DNA of 64,000 nucleotides from Candidatus Latescibacterota bacterium (GTDB lineage Bacteria; Latescibacterota; UBA2968; GCA-2709665): assembly GCA_965237675.1 (NCBI GenBank), contig OZ250150.1:160001-224000 (forward strand), in the 5' to 3' direction. The notes under the pieces are model-generated. The model made no database searches. It saw nothing but the letters and a program-made list of their open reading frames with translations, and was not told where the DNA came from. How positions within the stretch are numbered: the first letter of the stretch is position 1; each line of letters opens with the position of its first letter. The translations under genes were made by a program, and so were the position numbers. Shown piece after piece: positions 39,553 through 49,680 of the stretch.

Positions 39553-40437
39553 ATGGAGCAATTCATCCAGAAAGCCGCTGCGCTGGTGGAGGCGTTTCCG
39601 TATATCCGTTCGTTTCGTGACAAGATTGTGGTCGTGAAATACGGCGGCAGCGCTCAGCCGGAGGATGGTGGATCGGATACGATTCTGGCCGATCTGGTCT
39701 TTATGGAGACGGTAGGAATGCGGCCGGTGGTTGTGCATGGCGGCGGCAAGGAGATCAGCAGACGCCTGAAGGACGCCGGGTTGGAGTCGAAGTGGATTGA
39801 CGGATTACGCGAGACAAACGCGGCGTCGATGCAGGTCGTAGAGGATACGTTGTTCGGGGTCGTCAACAGGCGGATTGTGGCAGGGATTCAGGCGCTGGAC
39901 GGCAGCGCCCACGGGATGTCGGCAAAGGACGCCGGCATTATGCACGTTCGTAAACACTATGCACAGGCGGAGGTGGGCGGGAAGAATACGGCGGTGGATA
40001 TCGGGTTTGTGGGTGACGTGCATCGGGTGGACCCCGCGCCGGTTCAAGAAGCCTGCAAGAAAGAGACCATACCGGTGATCGCGCCGATCGGTCTGGGTTC
40101 CGACGGCAGGAGTTACAATGTGAACGCGGACACGGCCGCGGGGGAGATTGCGCGAACGCTCCAGGCCGAGAAGCTGGTTTTTCTGACGGATGTAAACGGG
40201 ATTTTGAGAGATAGCGCCGATCGGGAATCCAGGATTTCAACGCTGCGCGTAAACGACGTGGCGGGCCTGATCCAGGACGGTACGGCAAAAGGGGGTATGA
40301 TTCCAAAACTTCAGGCCTGTGTGCGTTCGGTAAAAGGGGGCGTGAAGAAAACCCACATTGTAGATGGACGTGTTCCACACGCGTTGCTGCTCGAAGTTTT
40401 CACGCGTGAAGGGATCGGCACCGAGATTGTTCAATGA
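39553..40437 (+). CDS. argB: Acetylglutamate kinase
   Basis: VVKYGG, VVVHGGG, YNVNADTAA, GGMIPK, GTEI. Confidence 0.95.
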   Translation: MEQFIQKAAALVEAFPYIRSFRDKIVVVKYGGSAQPEDGGSDTILADLVFMETVGMRPVVVHGGGKEISRRLKDAGLESKWIDGLRETNAASMQVVEDTLFGVVNRRIVAGIQALDGSAHGMSAKDAGIMHVRKHYAQAEVGGKNTAVDIGFVGDVHRVDPAPVQEACKKETIPVIAPIGLGSDGRSYNVNADTAAGEIARTLQAEKLVFLTDVNGILRDSADRESRISTLRVNDVAGLIQDGTAKGGMIPKLQACVRSVKGGVKKTHIVDGRVPHALLLEVFTREGIGTEIVQ

Positions 40438-40490
40438 ATCGGGCACGCGGACCGTGCAGTGTATAAGGAACCCAACAACCGGGGGAATGG

Positions 40491-41690
40491 ATGATGGATA
40501 CGAAAGAGATAATCGATCTGGAGCAAAGCTACATTCTGCAGACCTATGCACGGCCCGACTTTGTCCTGGAACGGGGAGACGGGGTGCATCTGTTCGACAC
40601 CGATGGGAAACAGTATCTGGATTTTGTAAGCGGGTTGTCCGTAAATGCGCTGGGTTACAACAACCCGACCATTTGCGATACGATGACGGCGCAGGCGGGG
40701 AAGCTGATCCACGTCTCCAACCTGTATCATACGGTTCCCGCGCCTCGGTTGGCGGCAATGCTGTGCGAACGTTCTTTTGCGGATCGCGTATTCTTCTGCA
40801 ATAGCGGAACGGAATCCTGGGAGGCTGCGCTGAAGTTTGCGCGGAAGTGGGGGTACAGGAATTTCGAGGAACACACGAAGTATAAGTTCATTGCGATGAA
40901 CAACTCGTTTCACGGGCGCACAATGGGGTCGGTTTCCACCACGGGTCAACCGAAATTCCACAAGGGATTCGGACCCATGCTGCCCGGAATCTCGTTCGCG
41001 GATTTCAACGATCTCGAATCGGTGGAGCGGCTGGTTGACGCGGAGACGGTGGCGGTGATTCTGGAGCCCCTCCAGGCCGAGGGCGGCATTCATTCGGCAG
41101 ACCCTTCGTTCCTGGAAGGGCTGCGGCAGTTGTGCGATGAGATGAAGATGCTGCTCGTGTACGACGAGATCCAGTCCGGACTCTGCCGGACCGGGGCCCT
41201 GTTCTGTTACGAACACTATGGGGTGACGCCGGATATCATGACCCTGGCCAAGCCCCTGGCCGGCGGGCTGCCGATTGGCGCGACATTGATGAGCCAGGCC
41301 GTTGCCGACGCCGTGGAGCCGAGCGACCACGCGGCCACTTTCGGCGCGCATCCGGTTTGCTGCGCCGTTGGCATCGAGGTCTTCAGGCAGCTTTCCGAAC
41401 CGGGATTCATCGCGGGCGTCAGGGCCAAGGGCGACCATATCCAAAGCCGGCTGAACGCGCTGAAAGACCGGTATCCGGACAAAATCACGGAGGTTCGCGG
41501 CAGGGGGTTGATCGCGGGCGCGGTGATGGCCGACGTCCCAGCCGCGGATGTGATGGGCGCGTTTCGGGAGCGGGGGATTCTGGTGTGCGCCGCAGGGCCC
41601 GATGTAGTGCGCTTCCTGCCGCCTCTGGTGATTGAGACGGGGAATATCGACCACGTTATGGACGTGTTTGAAGAAATCTTGAAGGGCTAG
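40491..41690 (+). CDS. argD: Acetylornithine aminotransferase
   Basis: YLDFVSG, FFCNSGTE, SFHGRT, EPLQAEGG, DEIQSG, LAKPLAGG. Confidence 0.95.
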   Translation: MMDTKEIIDLEQSYILQTYARPDFVLERGDGVHLFDTDGKQYLDFVSGLSVNALGYNNPTICDTMTAQAGKLIHVSNLYHTVPAPRLAAMLCERSFADRVFFCNSGTESWEAALKFARKWGYRNFEEHTKYKFIAMNNSFHGRTMGSVSTTGQPKFHKGFGPMLPGISFADFNDLESVERLVDAETVAVILEPLQAEGGIHSADPSFLEGLRQLCDEMKMLLVYDEIQSGLCRTGALFCYEHYGVTPDIMTLAKPLAGGLPIGATLMSQAVADAVEPSDHAATFGAHPVCCAVGIEVFRQLSEPGFIAGVRAKGDHIQSRLNALKDRYPDKITEVRGRGLIAGAVMADVPAADVMGAFRERGILVCAAGPDVVRFLPPLVIETGNIDHVMDVFEEILKG

Positions 41691-41720
41691 CTGAAGGACG
41701 ATGGAAAAGGAGCGTGTGTG

Positions 41721-42974
41721 ATGAGGGTGGAAGAACTTCGGGGAAAGCGGATTGCGCTGGCGGCTTCAGGCGGGCTGGACAGTTGCACGGTCGCGCGCTG
41801 GCTGGCCGATCAGGGGGTCGAGGTGGTGAGCATAACCGCGGATATCGGGCAGCCGGATGAGGACGATATCGAGGATATCGGGCGGCGGATGCTGGCCTGT
41901 GGGGCCGTGGAATCGGTGATCCTGGATCTGAAGGCGGACCTGGCCGAGGAGGCGATCACAATGCTTCTCGCCAACGCCGTGTATGAGGGCGGGTACTGGA
42001 ATACCACCGGTCTTGCCCGACACGTCACCACGCAGGGGATTCTAAGAGAGATGCTGGCGAGCGACATCGACGTGCTTTCGCATGGCGCCACGGGCCGCGG
42101 GAACGATCAGGTACGTATCCAACTAGTCGCGAATATGCTTTCGCCCGCCATCAAAGTGTACGCGCCGTGGCGCGACGACGCGTTCCTGGAGCATTTCGGC
42201 GGACGGCGGGAGATGATCGCCTACTGCCAGGCCCGAGACCTGCCCATAACGGCAACGCAGGACAAGCCGTATTCGACCGATGCAAATCTGTTGGGGTTGA
42301 CCCATGAGGCCGGCAAACTCGAATATCTCGACGTGGCGGCAGACTTCATCGAGCCCGGCATGGGGGTTTTTCCGCAGGACGCGCCCGACCGCGCGGAGAC
42401 GTTTTCAGTGACACTGGAGGCGGGTCGCCCGGTACTCATGAACGGGGAACCCGTGGATGCCGTGTCCGCGATCGCCACGGCCAACGACGTTGCCGGGCGC
42501 CACGGAGTGGGCATTGGAATCCACACGGTTGAAAACCGGTTTGTCGGCATCAAGTCCCGGGGCGTGTACGAAAGCCCGGGGCTCACGTTGCTGGGTTCGT
42601 GTTACCAGTTCCTGTTGCAGCAGGTGCTGGACAGGCGGGCGCGGCGATTTTACGATTCACTTTCCTCGGCGCTCGCCGAGCAGATTTATCAGGGATATTA
42701 TTTCGACCTGTCGTCGCAGATGATACGTGGCGCCCTGGCGCCGGTACGGACGTTGGCGGCGGGCTCGTTGACCGTGTCGGTCTACAAGGGCACGGTAACC
42801 TATCAATCCTCCTCGGCAGTGACGCATTCGCTGTATTCGTCCGAATTGTCCTCGATGGAAGCGATCGGGGATTACGACCATAGGGATTCGGAGGGGTTTC
42901 TGAATGTGTTGGGCGTCAGCGCCAAGGCGTTGAATGCTTCGGGCCAGGTGGATGAAGGACTGCCGGAAAACTGA
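41721..42974 (+). CDS. argG: Argininosuccinate synthase
   Basis: ASGGLDS, HGATGRGNDQVR, YSTDANL, ENRFVGIKSRGVYE. Confidence 0.95.
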   Translation: MRVEELRGKRIALAASGGLDSCTVARWLADQGVEVVSITADIGQPDEDDIEDIGRRMLACGAVESVILDLKADLAEEAITMLLANAVYEGGYWNTTGLARHVTTQGILREMLASDIDVLSHGATGRGNDQVRIQLVANMLSPAIKVYAPWRDDAFLEHFGGRREMIAYCQARDLPITATQDKPYSTDANLLGLTHEAGKLEYLDVAADFIEPGMGVFPQDAPDRAETFSVTLEAGRPVLMNGEPVDAVSAIATANDVAGRHGVGIGIHTVENRFVGIKSRGVYESPGLTLLGSCYQFLLQQVLDRRARRFYDSLSSALAEQIYQGYYFDLSSQMIRGALAPVRTLAAGSLTVSVYKGTVTYQSSSAVTHSLYSSELSSMEAIGDYDHRDSEGFLNVLGVSAKALNASGQVDEGLPEN

Positions 42975-43033
42975 AAGATCCGGAGTCTGTAACCGCGATT
43001 CATTCGGAGACGGTGGTAATTTCGGAGAATTCG

Positions 43034-44440
43034 ATGGACGGATCTGTAGAAAAACCCTGGTCGGGGCGGTTTGATAAGCCGTCGGATAGAAGCATGGAGC
43101 AATTCAACGCGTCCATCGGGTTCGACCGGCGGCTCTACAAGGCGGACATCGCCGGGAGCCGGGCGCAGGCGAAAGCGCTCGCGAAGATTGGTGTCTTGAA
43201 GCCGCAGGAAATGGAATATGTCCTGAATGGGTTGGACCAGGTGGAAGTGGAAATCGCCGAAGGGCGCCTCCCGCTGGGCGAACACCTGGAAGACATACAT
43301 ATGGCGGTGGAGGCGCGGCTGATCCAGATTGTGGGCGAGGTGGGCGGCAAGTTGCATACGGGGCGCAGCCGGAACGATCAGGTGGCGCTGGACGAGCGGC
43401 TGTATCTGCGGGAGGCAGCACGGGATACCGTTGCCGGAATCGACCGGCTGCAGGCCGTCCTCGTGGATTTCGCGGATCGGCACATCGACGTTTTGATGCC
43501 GGGATATACGCACTTGCAACAGGCGCAGCCCGTGCGCCTGTCACACTATACAATGGCATTGTTCTGGATGCTGGATCGGGACCGGGGACGGTTCGCGGCA
43601 TGCTCCGATCGGGCGGATGCGATGCCGCTCGGGTCGGGGGCATTCGCCGGCAGCGCCTATCCTATCGACCGGAAATTTCTGGCCTCGGAACTGGGTTTCT
43701 CACGGATAACCGAAAACAGCATCGACGCGGTGAGCGACCGCGACTATCTGCTGGAGTATCTGTCCGCCGCTGCAATTCTGATGGGACACCTGAGCCGGTT
43801 CTGTGAGGATCTGATAGTATGGTCGTCGTCGGAGTTTCATTTTATCGAACTGGACGACGCGTACAGCACCGGGTCGAGCATGATGCCGCAGAAAAAGAAC
43901 CCGGATTCACTGGAACTGATCCGCGGAAAGACGGGTCGGGTGTATGGCAATCTGATGTCGCTGTTAACCGTGATGAAGGGATTGCCCCTCACCTATTCGA
44001 AAGATCTGCAGGAGGACAAAGAGGCCTTTTTTGATACGGTCGATACGGTCAATCAGGTGCTGACGGTGTTTGCCGGCGCGTGGGAAACAATGACGGTCCG
44101 GTCGGAGCGCATGCGCGAAGCACTCGACGGCACGATTGTGGCGACGGATCTGGCGGATTATCTGGTGCGTAAGGGGTTGCCCTTTCGGGAAACCCACAGG
44201 ATCGTGGGCAGGCTGGTCCGGAAGGCCCTGTCGCAGGGACGGCGCCTGGACGAACTGGACCTGCGAACGTTCCGCTCCGAGTGCGATCTGTTTGAGGCGG
44301 ATGTCGCGGAGTCGCTTTGCGCCGAGGACAGCGTCGACAGGCGCGAACTGGCCGGTGGAACGGGTTATCAGGCTGTGCTGGGACAGATCCGCAATGGGAG
44401 ACAGTTGCTCAGGGGGAGAACCCGGGGAGCGGCAGGTTGA
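43034..44440 (+). CDS. argH: Argininosuccinate lyase
   Basis: WSGRF, EDIH, HTGRSRNDQ, GSSMMPQKKNPD, DLQEDKE. Confidence 0.97.
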   Translation: MDGSVEKPWSGRFDKPSDRSMEQFNASIGFDRRLYKADIAGSRAQAKALAKIGVLKPQEMEYVLNGLDQVEVEIAEGRLPLGEHLEDIHMAVEARLIQIVGEVGGKLHTGRSRNDQVALDERLYLREAARDTVAGIDRLQAVLVDFADRHIDVLMPGYTHLQQAQPVRLSHYTMALFWMLDRDRGRFAACSDRADAMPLGSGAFAGSAYPIDRKFLASELGFSRITENSIDAVSDRDYLLEYLSAAAILMGHLSRFCEDLIVWSSSEFHFIELDDAYSTGSSMMPQKKNPDSLELIRGKTGRVYGNLMSLLTVMKGLPLTYSKDLQEDKEAFFDTVDTVNQVLTVFAGAWETMTVRSERMREALDGTIVATDLADYLVRKGLPFRETHRIVGRLVRKALSQGRRLDELDLRTFRSECDLFEADVAESLCAEDSVDRRELAGGTGYQAVLGQIRNGRQLLRGRTRGAAG

Positions 44441-45072
44441 AGTCCTTCAGCGAGCGCGACGTGCGGCGACACTACGATCTCCTGCAACACAGACCCGAAC
44501 TTGGCCTCACGCAACTGAAAGCCATGGACGGAGACCATGTCATCGGCATCGGGTTGTTCGATAACGAGGCCGATTTCGTGTCGGAATGCCGTCGGTACAA
44601 TGGGTTGGGCACGCTATACGTGGGTGTGAATCCGAGGTCGAATCGGCTGTTGCAGGACTACGGCGGATTGAAGAACCGCATGCGCACCCTGTTCATGGAC
44701 GTGGTTGCGGAAGGCGATATCGACTTTATAACCGGCATGGCCGTTTTCGATCCGGAACGGCTCGTCAGTCCTGCCCGGAAATTTCTGCGCGACGCTTCCG
44801 TGCTTACGGAGCGGGAGGTATTCATCCCCCTCGATACAGCGATGCCTGTATCCCGGGAATCGCTGCACGAGGTCCGGCGGCGGCTGGGCATATGGCTTTA
44901 CGGCAAGGGCGAGTCCGACAGGATCGATGTAATGCAATGTGTACGGGTGGTGGGGACGGCGGTACCGCATGGTGGGTGGTTCAAGCGTCGAGCGGTGTTT
45001 AAGAAATATCGGCCCTACATCATGGATGGTATTACGTCTGAGATCGAGGATCCAAAGGACGGGCCGGTTTAA
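44437..45072 (+). CDS. Hypothetical protein resembling a RepB/AEP primase domain, apparently without catalytic motifs
   Basis: TTG start overlaps the argH stop; GLFDNEADFVSECRRYNG..LYVGVNPR and RVVGT motifs. Confidence 0.55.
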   Translation: MKSFSERDVRRHYDLLQHRPELGLTQLKAMDGDHVIGIGLFDNEADFVSECRRYNGLGTLYVGVNPRSNRLLQDYGGLKNRMRTLFMDVVAEGDIDFITGMAVFDPERLVSPARKFLRDASVLTEREVFIPLDTAMPVSRESLHEVRRRLGIWLYGKGESDRIDVMQCVRVVGTAVPHGGWFKRRAVFKKYRPYIMDGITSEIEDPKDGPV

Positions 45073-45258
45073 CGATGCCCGAGACGGAACTTTCGGTCAG
45101 ATGGGGCGTCTACGAGGCGGCGTTATGTGCCGGCTAACCCCAGGCGCGCGGGTCGACGACCCGCTTTTTTATTGACGTTATCGGCTCAGGCGCTTGACCT
45201 TCCACAATATCCGCCTTACATTGAAGTCCTGCCGGGAAGTCACCTCACATCCAGGGAG

Positions 45259-46287
45259 ATGGTAATGTTTCGAAAAACAATCGCTGTGCTGTGCGCCGGT
45301 TGTCTGCTGTGGACCAGCGTCGTTGGCGCGGGTCAGGCGTGGGCGACTGAATCCACAAGTGATAAGGCGGTGGAGGACGAAAAGGATGGCGAAGAACCTG
45401 TCAAAACCGTCCGAACGATTGAAAGCAAAGACGACGCGGGGTGGTCCATCGTGGATGTGAGGCAAATTGAGGGGAATCTGGTGGTCCTCAGCCCACTCGT
45501 GGGCCCGGAAATCGACCTGGAAGAGAGCAACCGGTACTCGATCCTCCAGGGGCGTAGCGTCTACAACGAGAGGGTTCCCATACGGTTCCTCGACGTGGCT
45601 GTTCCCGGTCTCCAGACAGCCACTTTTCTGAAACTTGGAGAACGCGTCGTGGTGAGGATCCGGTACCGGTCGGGCTCGGAGATCGAGGACAGGACGATGC
45701 CGGTAGGGGACGAGGATACGCTCCGACGGCTACGGGAATACGTCGAGCATTTCGACGAGGTTCGGAAGGGAAAATATAAGATCGGATTTGAATCCTCGTT
45801 GCCCGAAGATGCGGAGTACCCCAAATATACCGATCGGGAAGTATCCTTCGTAGAGCGGCGCACCCGCGCCGGGATCACGCGCCGTCTTCCAGGCGGGGTG
45901 GTTCTTAAGAACGGTGAGCGGATACAGGGGCAACTTTTACCGGAATTCGACGACGGAAACATACTGGTCCAATCCGGACTCGATGCCCGGCGTGTTCCGG
46001 TTGAGGATATCGAACGGGTCCTGTTCCATCGGGGGAAGCGTTCGACAAAGATTGGCACCGCTTTCCGGATGGGTATCGGTGGCGCCGTGTCGGGTGCAAT
46101 TCTCGGTGCGCTGGCCGCCTGGCAGTCGAACTCGCCCGTTAAAGAGACAGCGATTCTGTTCGGATCGATATCGGGCGGAATCGGGTTTCTTACAGGTCTT
46201 TTCCGCTCGAGAGGCGGTCCCGGCAAACGTGAGTTTGTGCTGGGTCCTGTAAAAGACGACAGGGATCGTAAATCGGACAAGGAATGA
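45259..46287 (+). CDS. Hypothetical exported protein with an Sm-like beta domain and C-terminal glycine-zipper helices
   Basis: Signal peptide; VLKNGERIQGQL...VPVEDIERV; GGAVSGAILGALAA; TTGACC-17-TACATT promoter upstream. Confidence 0.7.
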   Translation: MVMFRKTIAVLCAGCLLWTSVVGAGQAWATESTSDKAVEDEKDGEEPVKTVRTIESKDDAGWSIVDVRQIEGNLVVLSPLVGPEIDLEESNRYSILQGRSVYNERVPIRFLDVAVPGLQTATFLKLGERVVVRIRYRSGSEIEDRTMPVGDEDTLRRLREYVEHFDEVRKGKYKIGFESSLPEDAEYPKYTDREVSFVERRTRAGITRRLPGGVVLKNGERIQGQLLPEFDDGNILVQSGLDARRVPVEDIERVLFHRGKRSTKIGTAFRMGIGGAVSGAILGALAAWQSNSPVKETAILFGSISGGIGFLTGLFRSRGGPGKREFVLGPVKDDRDRKSDKE

Positions 46288-46426
46288 GATTGGGGGAACG
46301 GGAACCCGGATTCGAACCTGGCTGATTTTTCGCCCGGGTCCCGTATCTCAACCGGGGTGCTGCGACGTTTCTGAATGGGGATGGCTGGAAGCCGATCGCT
46401 GGTGGCCGCGTGACCCGGAGGGAGAA

Positions 46427-46948
46427 TTGACAATCCTGGCGTATCAGCACGAAAGTCCGGATGTTCATGAGTCGGCCTTTCTGGCCAACGGGGCGGTACT
46501 CATCGGAAGGGTGTGGGTCGCGTCGGAGGCCAGTGTCTGGTTCAATGCCGTTCTACGGGGCGACGAGGAGCCGATCCGGATCGGCAAAGGATCCAACATC
46601 CAGGACGGCGCAGTCTTACATACCGATCCTGGATGTCCGTGTACCGTGGGCGAATACGTAACGGTGGGACACAACGCGATCTTGCACGGTTGCGCGGTGG
46701 AGCGCGGGGCTACGATAGGAATGGGCGCAACGGTGTTGAATCATGCGAGGGTCGGCGAGGAATCGCTGGTTGCGGCCGGTGCACTTGTGCTGGAAGGCAT
46801 GGAGATCCCGCCTCGAACGCTGGCGGCGGGTGTGCCCGCCAGGATACGGCGGGAACTGACGGATGATGAGATCGCGCGTCTCAGGAAAAATACCGATGGG
46901 TACATAAATCGGAGGGAAGTCTACAAGGGACTGAAATCGAAAGCTTAG
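46427..46948 (+). CDS. Gamma carbonic anhydrase family (hexapeptide repeat) protein
   Basis: WFNAVLRGD, NIQDGAVLH, VGHNAILHGC, AGVPA. Confidence 0.92.
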   Translation: MTILAYQHESPDVHESAFLANGAVLIGRVWVASEASVWFNAVLRGDEEPIRIGKGSNIQDGAVLHTDPGCPCTVGEYVTVGHNAILHGCAVERGATIGMGATVLNHARVGEESLVAAGALVLEGMEIPPRTLAAGVPARIRRELTDDEIARLRKNTDGYINRREVYKGLKSKA

Positions 46949-47048
46949 CGTTGAAAATCGCTGCTGGCGGACTTTGAATGGTTTTCGGGGTCCGCCTTTA
47001 TTATTAATTCACCGTACCGCTGGAGCCATTGAGGCAACCTGTGTGAAG

Positions 47049-47072
47049 GTGGGGCAGACATTCCTGTCTGCC
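47049..47072 (+). repeat. REP element (GTGG-type)
   Basis: GTGGGGCAGACATTCCTGTCTGCC hairpin. Confidence 0.8.
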
Positions 47073-47129
47073 CGTCTCAATGTCCCTCTGCCAGAATGCA
47101 TATAGATGAAAGGCTTGCGCCGCCTTCGT

Positions 47130-47275
47130 AAAGCCGATACTCGTGGTGGCGCTTGAGTCAGAGCAGACGCGCTTCCTGGAAGGCGCGGCGTTTGTCACGG
47201 GGGATCGCGCCAGCGAGGCGAAATGTGGTCCAATAGATAGCGTCGTCCTTTTTCCAGTGAGGGAGACGGCGGCGA
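47130..47275 (-). pseudogene. REP-associated tyrosine transposase (RAYT) N-terminal fragment
   Basis: RRRLPHWKKDDAIYWTTFRLAGAIPRDK...RLL*LKRH, with in-frame stop and truncation. Confidence 0.7.
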
Positions 47276-47325
47276 GTCGTGGCCTGCCCAGACATAGGAT
47301 TCTGAGGTTTGGGATTTGTGTACGT

Positions 47326-47350
47326 GAGCAGACAGGAATGTCTGCTCCAC
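47326..47350 (-). repeat. REP element (GTGG-type), inverted relative to the copy at 47049
   Basis: Reverse complement GTGGAGCAGACATTCCTGTCTGCTC. Confidence 0.8.
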
Positions 47351-47678
47351 CCTTTTTAGCTTTGGTTCGAAGTATCGCCTGAGCGCATCAACCATCCGGG
47401 AGAAGACGCCTGAACGTGCTTCCATTTCCCGACGCAGCACGGCGCCACTACCTCCTGTCTGCGTGCTGAAACGCACATGCAGGCTGGTCAGGACGCCGCG
47501 TCGGAGGCGACTTCCATCTTCCTGGCGCATCGACTTGCAAGAGCGAACCGGACATAATATTCTTGAACTTACACGGTATTTTTCTCCAAACTCATTGATA
47601 TAACATTATTTGCGTCACCATAATACAATGAATTGTGTAAGGAAATCGCTTTTATATCGATTGTTCATGTGAAATACT

Positions 47679-48056
47679 GTGGATCCCACACCAGAAATTA
47701 CCGAGAGATTCGAGCAGGGCATCCGCGAGTTCAATTCGGGCGACTTTTATTCGTCTCACGACACGTGGGAGGACGTCTGGATGGATGTGCGAGGCCCGGA
47801 ACGGCCCTTCTTCCAGGGGATGATCCAGGTGGCCGTGGGATATTATCATCTGACGTGTGAGAATTTCGCGGGGGCGGAGCACCTGCTGACCCGGGGAATT
47901 CAGAAGCTGAAGGCATTCAGTCCGTGCCACCGGGGACTCGATACCGGGGACATGGTCCGCAAGGCGGCGGCGGTGCTGGCGGAGGTCCTCGAGATCCGGG
48001 CGGGCAGGCGGAAGGCATATCGATCGGAGATTGCGCCGAGGATTCGAAGGGTTTGA
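47679..48056 (+). CDS. DUF309 domain protein
   Basis: GIREFNSGDFYSSHDTWEDVW, FFQGMIQVAVGYYH. Confidence 0.88.
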   Translation: MDPTPEITERFEQGIREFNSGDFYSSHDTWEDVWMDVRGPERPFFQGMIQVAVGYYHLTCENFAGAEHLLTRGIQKLKAFSPCHRGLDTGDMVRKAAAVLAEVLEIRAGRRKAYRSEIAPRIRRV

Positions 48057-48105
48057 CTTTTTACTGATCGCCAATGTCAACGATAAGGGCCTTCCGGCCC
48101 TTTTT

Positions 48106-49283
48106 TTATTTTTCGACGTGGAAGATGGCCGTGCGAGTGGCGGCCTGTAAGCTGTTCAGGTCGGTCACGGATACCCGGATGCGGCTGAAGCCGGGTTTGA
48201 GATAGGGCGGCATCCAGTTCGAAGTAGATCGCCTCCGTGGCATCATCGCCGTTCCGCTCGTAGCTCACGACCACCTCCTCTGCTCCCGCTGCGACAATTC
48301 TGCGCACAAGCGACGATAACGCGCCGAAGAACCCCTTCCCCAAACGGGCGTCCCGTTGTATCGAATAGGAAACCCGGTATCTGTTTCTTCCGAACGCGTC
48401 CCGATGCAGGTTGTAAAGTTCATAGTAAATGTGGATGTTTGTGTCCTGACGGTAGCTCCGGCTCGGCATCGGCACCACCCACAGATTCTCTTTCTTGAAT
48501 TTCCCTTCCCGTGTCGTTTCCGTGATGTTCCAGCACAATTGCAGATCGCTGATAGTGAGCGAGTCCACATAGTCAGGGACGTTCAAATCCTGGAGATAAA
48601 CCCCCCATTTGCCGGAGGTCCGGTCCACAAGCTGGACGGCAAGACGGTAGTCTCCCGGAGCGACCTCAAACCGCATCAAGTCAGGCGCGAAGATCCCACG
48701 GGAATACTTTCTCCCCAAAAAACGTCCTGGCATACCACACCCTCCGGAAATGCTCCGCCTCCCGCACCCTACCCGCCGACACCAGCGCCATGTCCCGTTT
48801 CTTCCAGAATGCCCGAAGCCATTCCTCCTTTTCCTTCCCCGATTTGGCCTTATAGGTCTCAAGCTCCGCCGGGAAGGTCACAAGAGACAGATCTTCATAC
48901 AACGCACGCTCGCTGTCGGGCAGCGCGTGAAAAACCTTCTGGAATAGCGCAACGGCCAGGTCCACGTCGCCCAATGCCGCGTGTGCCTGTGCCGCCACCG
49001 GCAGGAGCCGTGAATCCGGCGACGAATCCGCAAGGGCGGGTTCGAGCGCCTTCAGCGCCGCCGCATATTTATATTGCTCGATATACGTCATCGCAAGGCC
49101 CCGATACCCCCGAATATCTCCAGGTAGAATCTCCAGATAGGCGTAACCCAGTCGAACCCATTCCCGGGCGTCACGCAGCGCTTCCAGTGACTCCGCGGGG
49201 CTCGCGGCAGTGCTGTAACGAGACAAAGGAAGAATCAGAAGCAGCACGACTAACGTCGATGCAAAAATCGCTTTCGCGCGCAT
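48106..49283 (-). pseudogene. Decayed TPR-GWxTD-family gene (internal deletions and frameshifts)
   Basis: Segments align by eye to 60133-62346: WVRLG.AYL, AFWKKRD, EHFRRVWYART, PGDYRLAVQL, VVPMPSRSY, IYFELD. Confidence 0.85.
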
Positions 49284-49401
49284 CACTCTACCCTTCCCTA
49301 TGGATTTTGTTTTTCTTCCTGCGGACCGTGCATCAGAAACATACGATGAAGAAAAACTGCGAAATCTGTTTAGATTCCCCGAATCTACCCTCCAATGAGT
49401 A

Positions 49402-49434
49402 AAGACACCGATTCGCCTTTACCGGTTCAGTAAA
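49402..49434 (-). promoter_or_regulatory. Conserved GWxTD upstream motif, copy A (ECF-like promoter)
   Basis: TTTACTGAACC-N15-GTGTCTT. Confidence 0.7.
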
Positions 49435-49565
49435 ATGTGGATCTGATTTGAAGACACGGTCGAATGGACGCAAGGCACTGTATTCGTTTTGCCAGAACTC
49501 ACATCCTTGTTTGAATCCGGCCGCTCTCGGCCTGTTTCACAAGATCTGAATTTATGAAATGCTCG

Positions 49566-49594
49566 TTGACATAAACCGGGGGCCAAGGTATATT
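49566..49594 (+). promoter_or_regulatory. Sigma70 promoter of SDR-GNAT-lipoprotein genes
   Basis: TTGACA-17-TATATT. Confidence 0.75.
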
Positions 49595-49680
49595 GATTTA
49601 GGGTTGTAAGATGTTATTAATTGGCAACGTAGCCGATGGCTATGGGCAATTTCGACCAGACGACACCAAAGGAGTTTTCG

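Noticed and set aside
47195-47530. 111-aa ORF as a real gene
   Set aside because: It runs through a REP and a CCTG..GCACG..CAGG repeat, and the RAYT homology is in a different frame.
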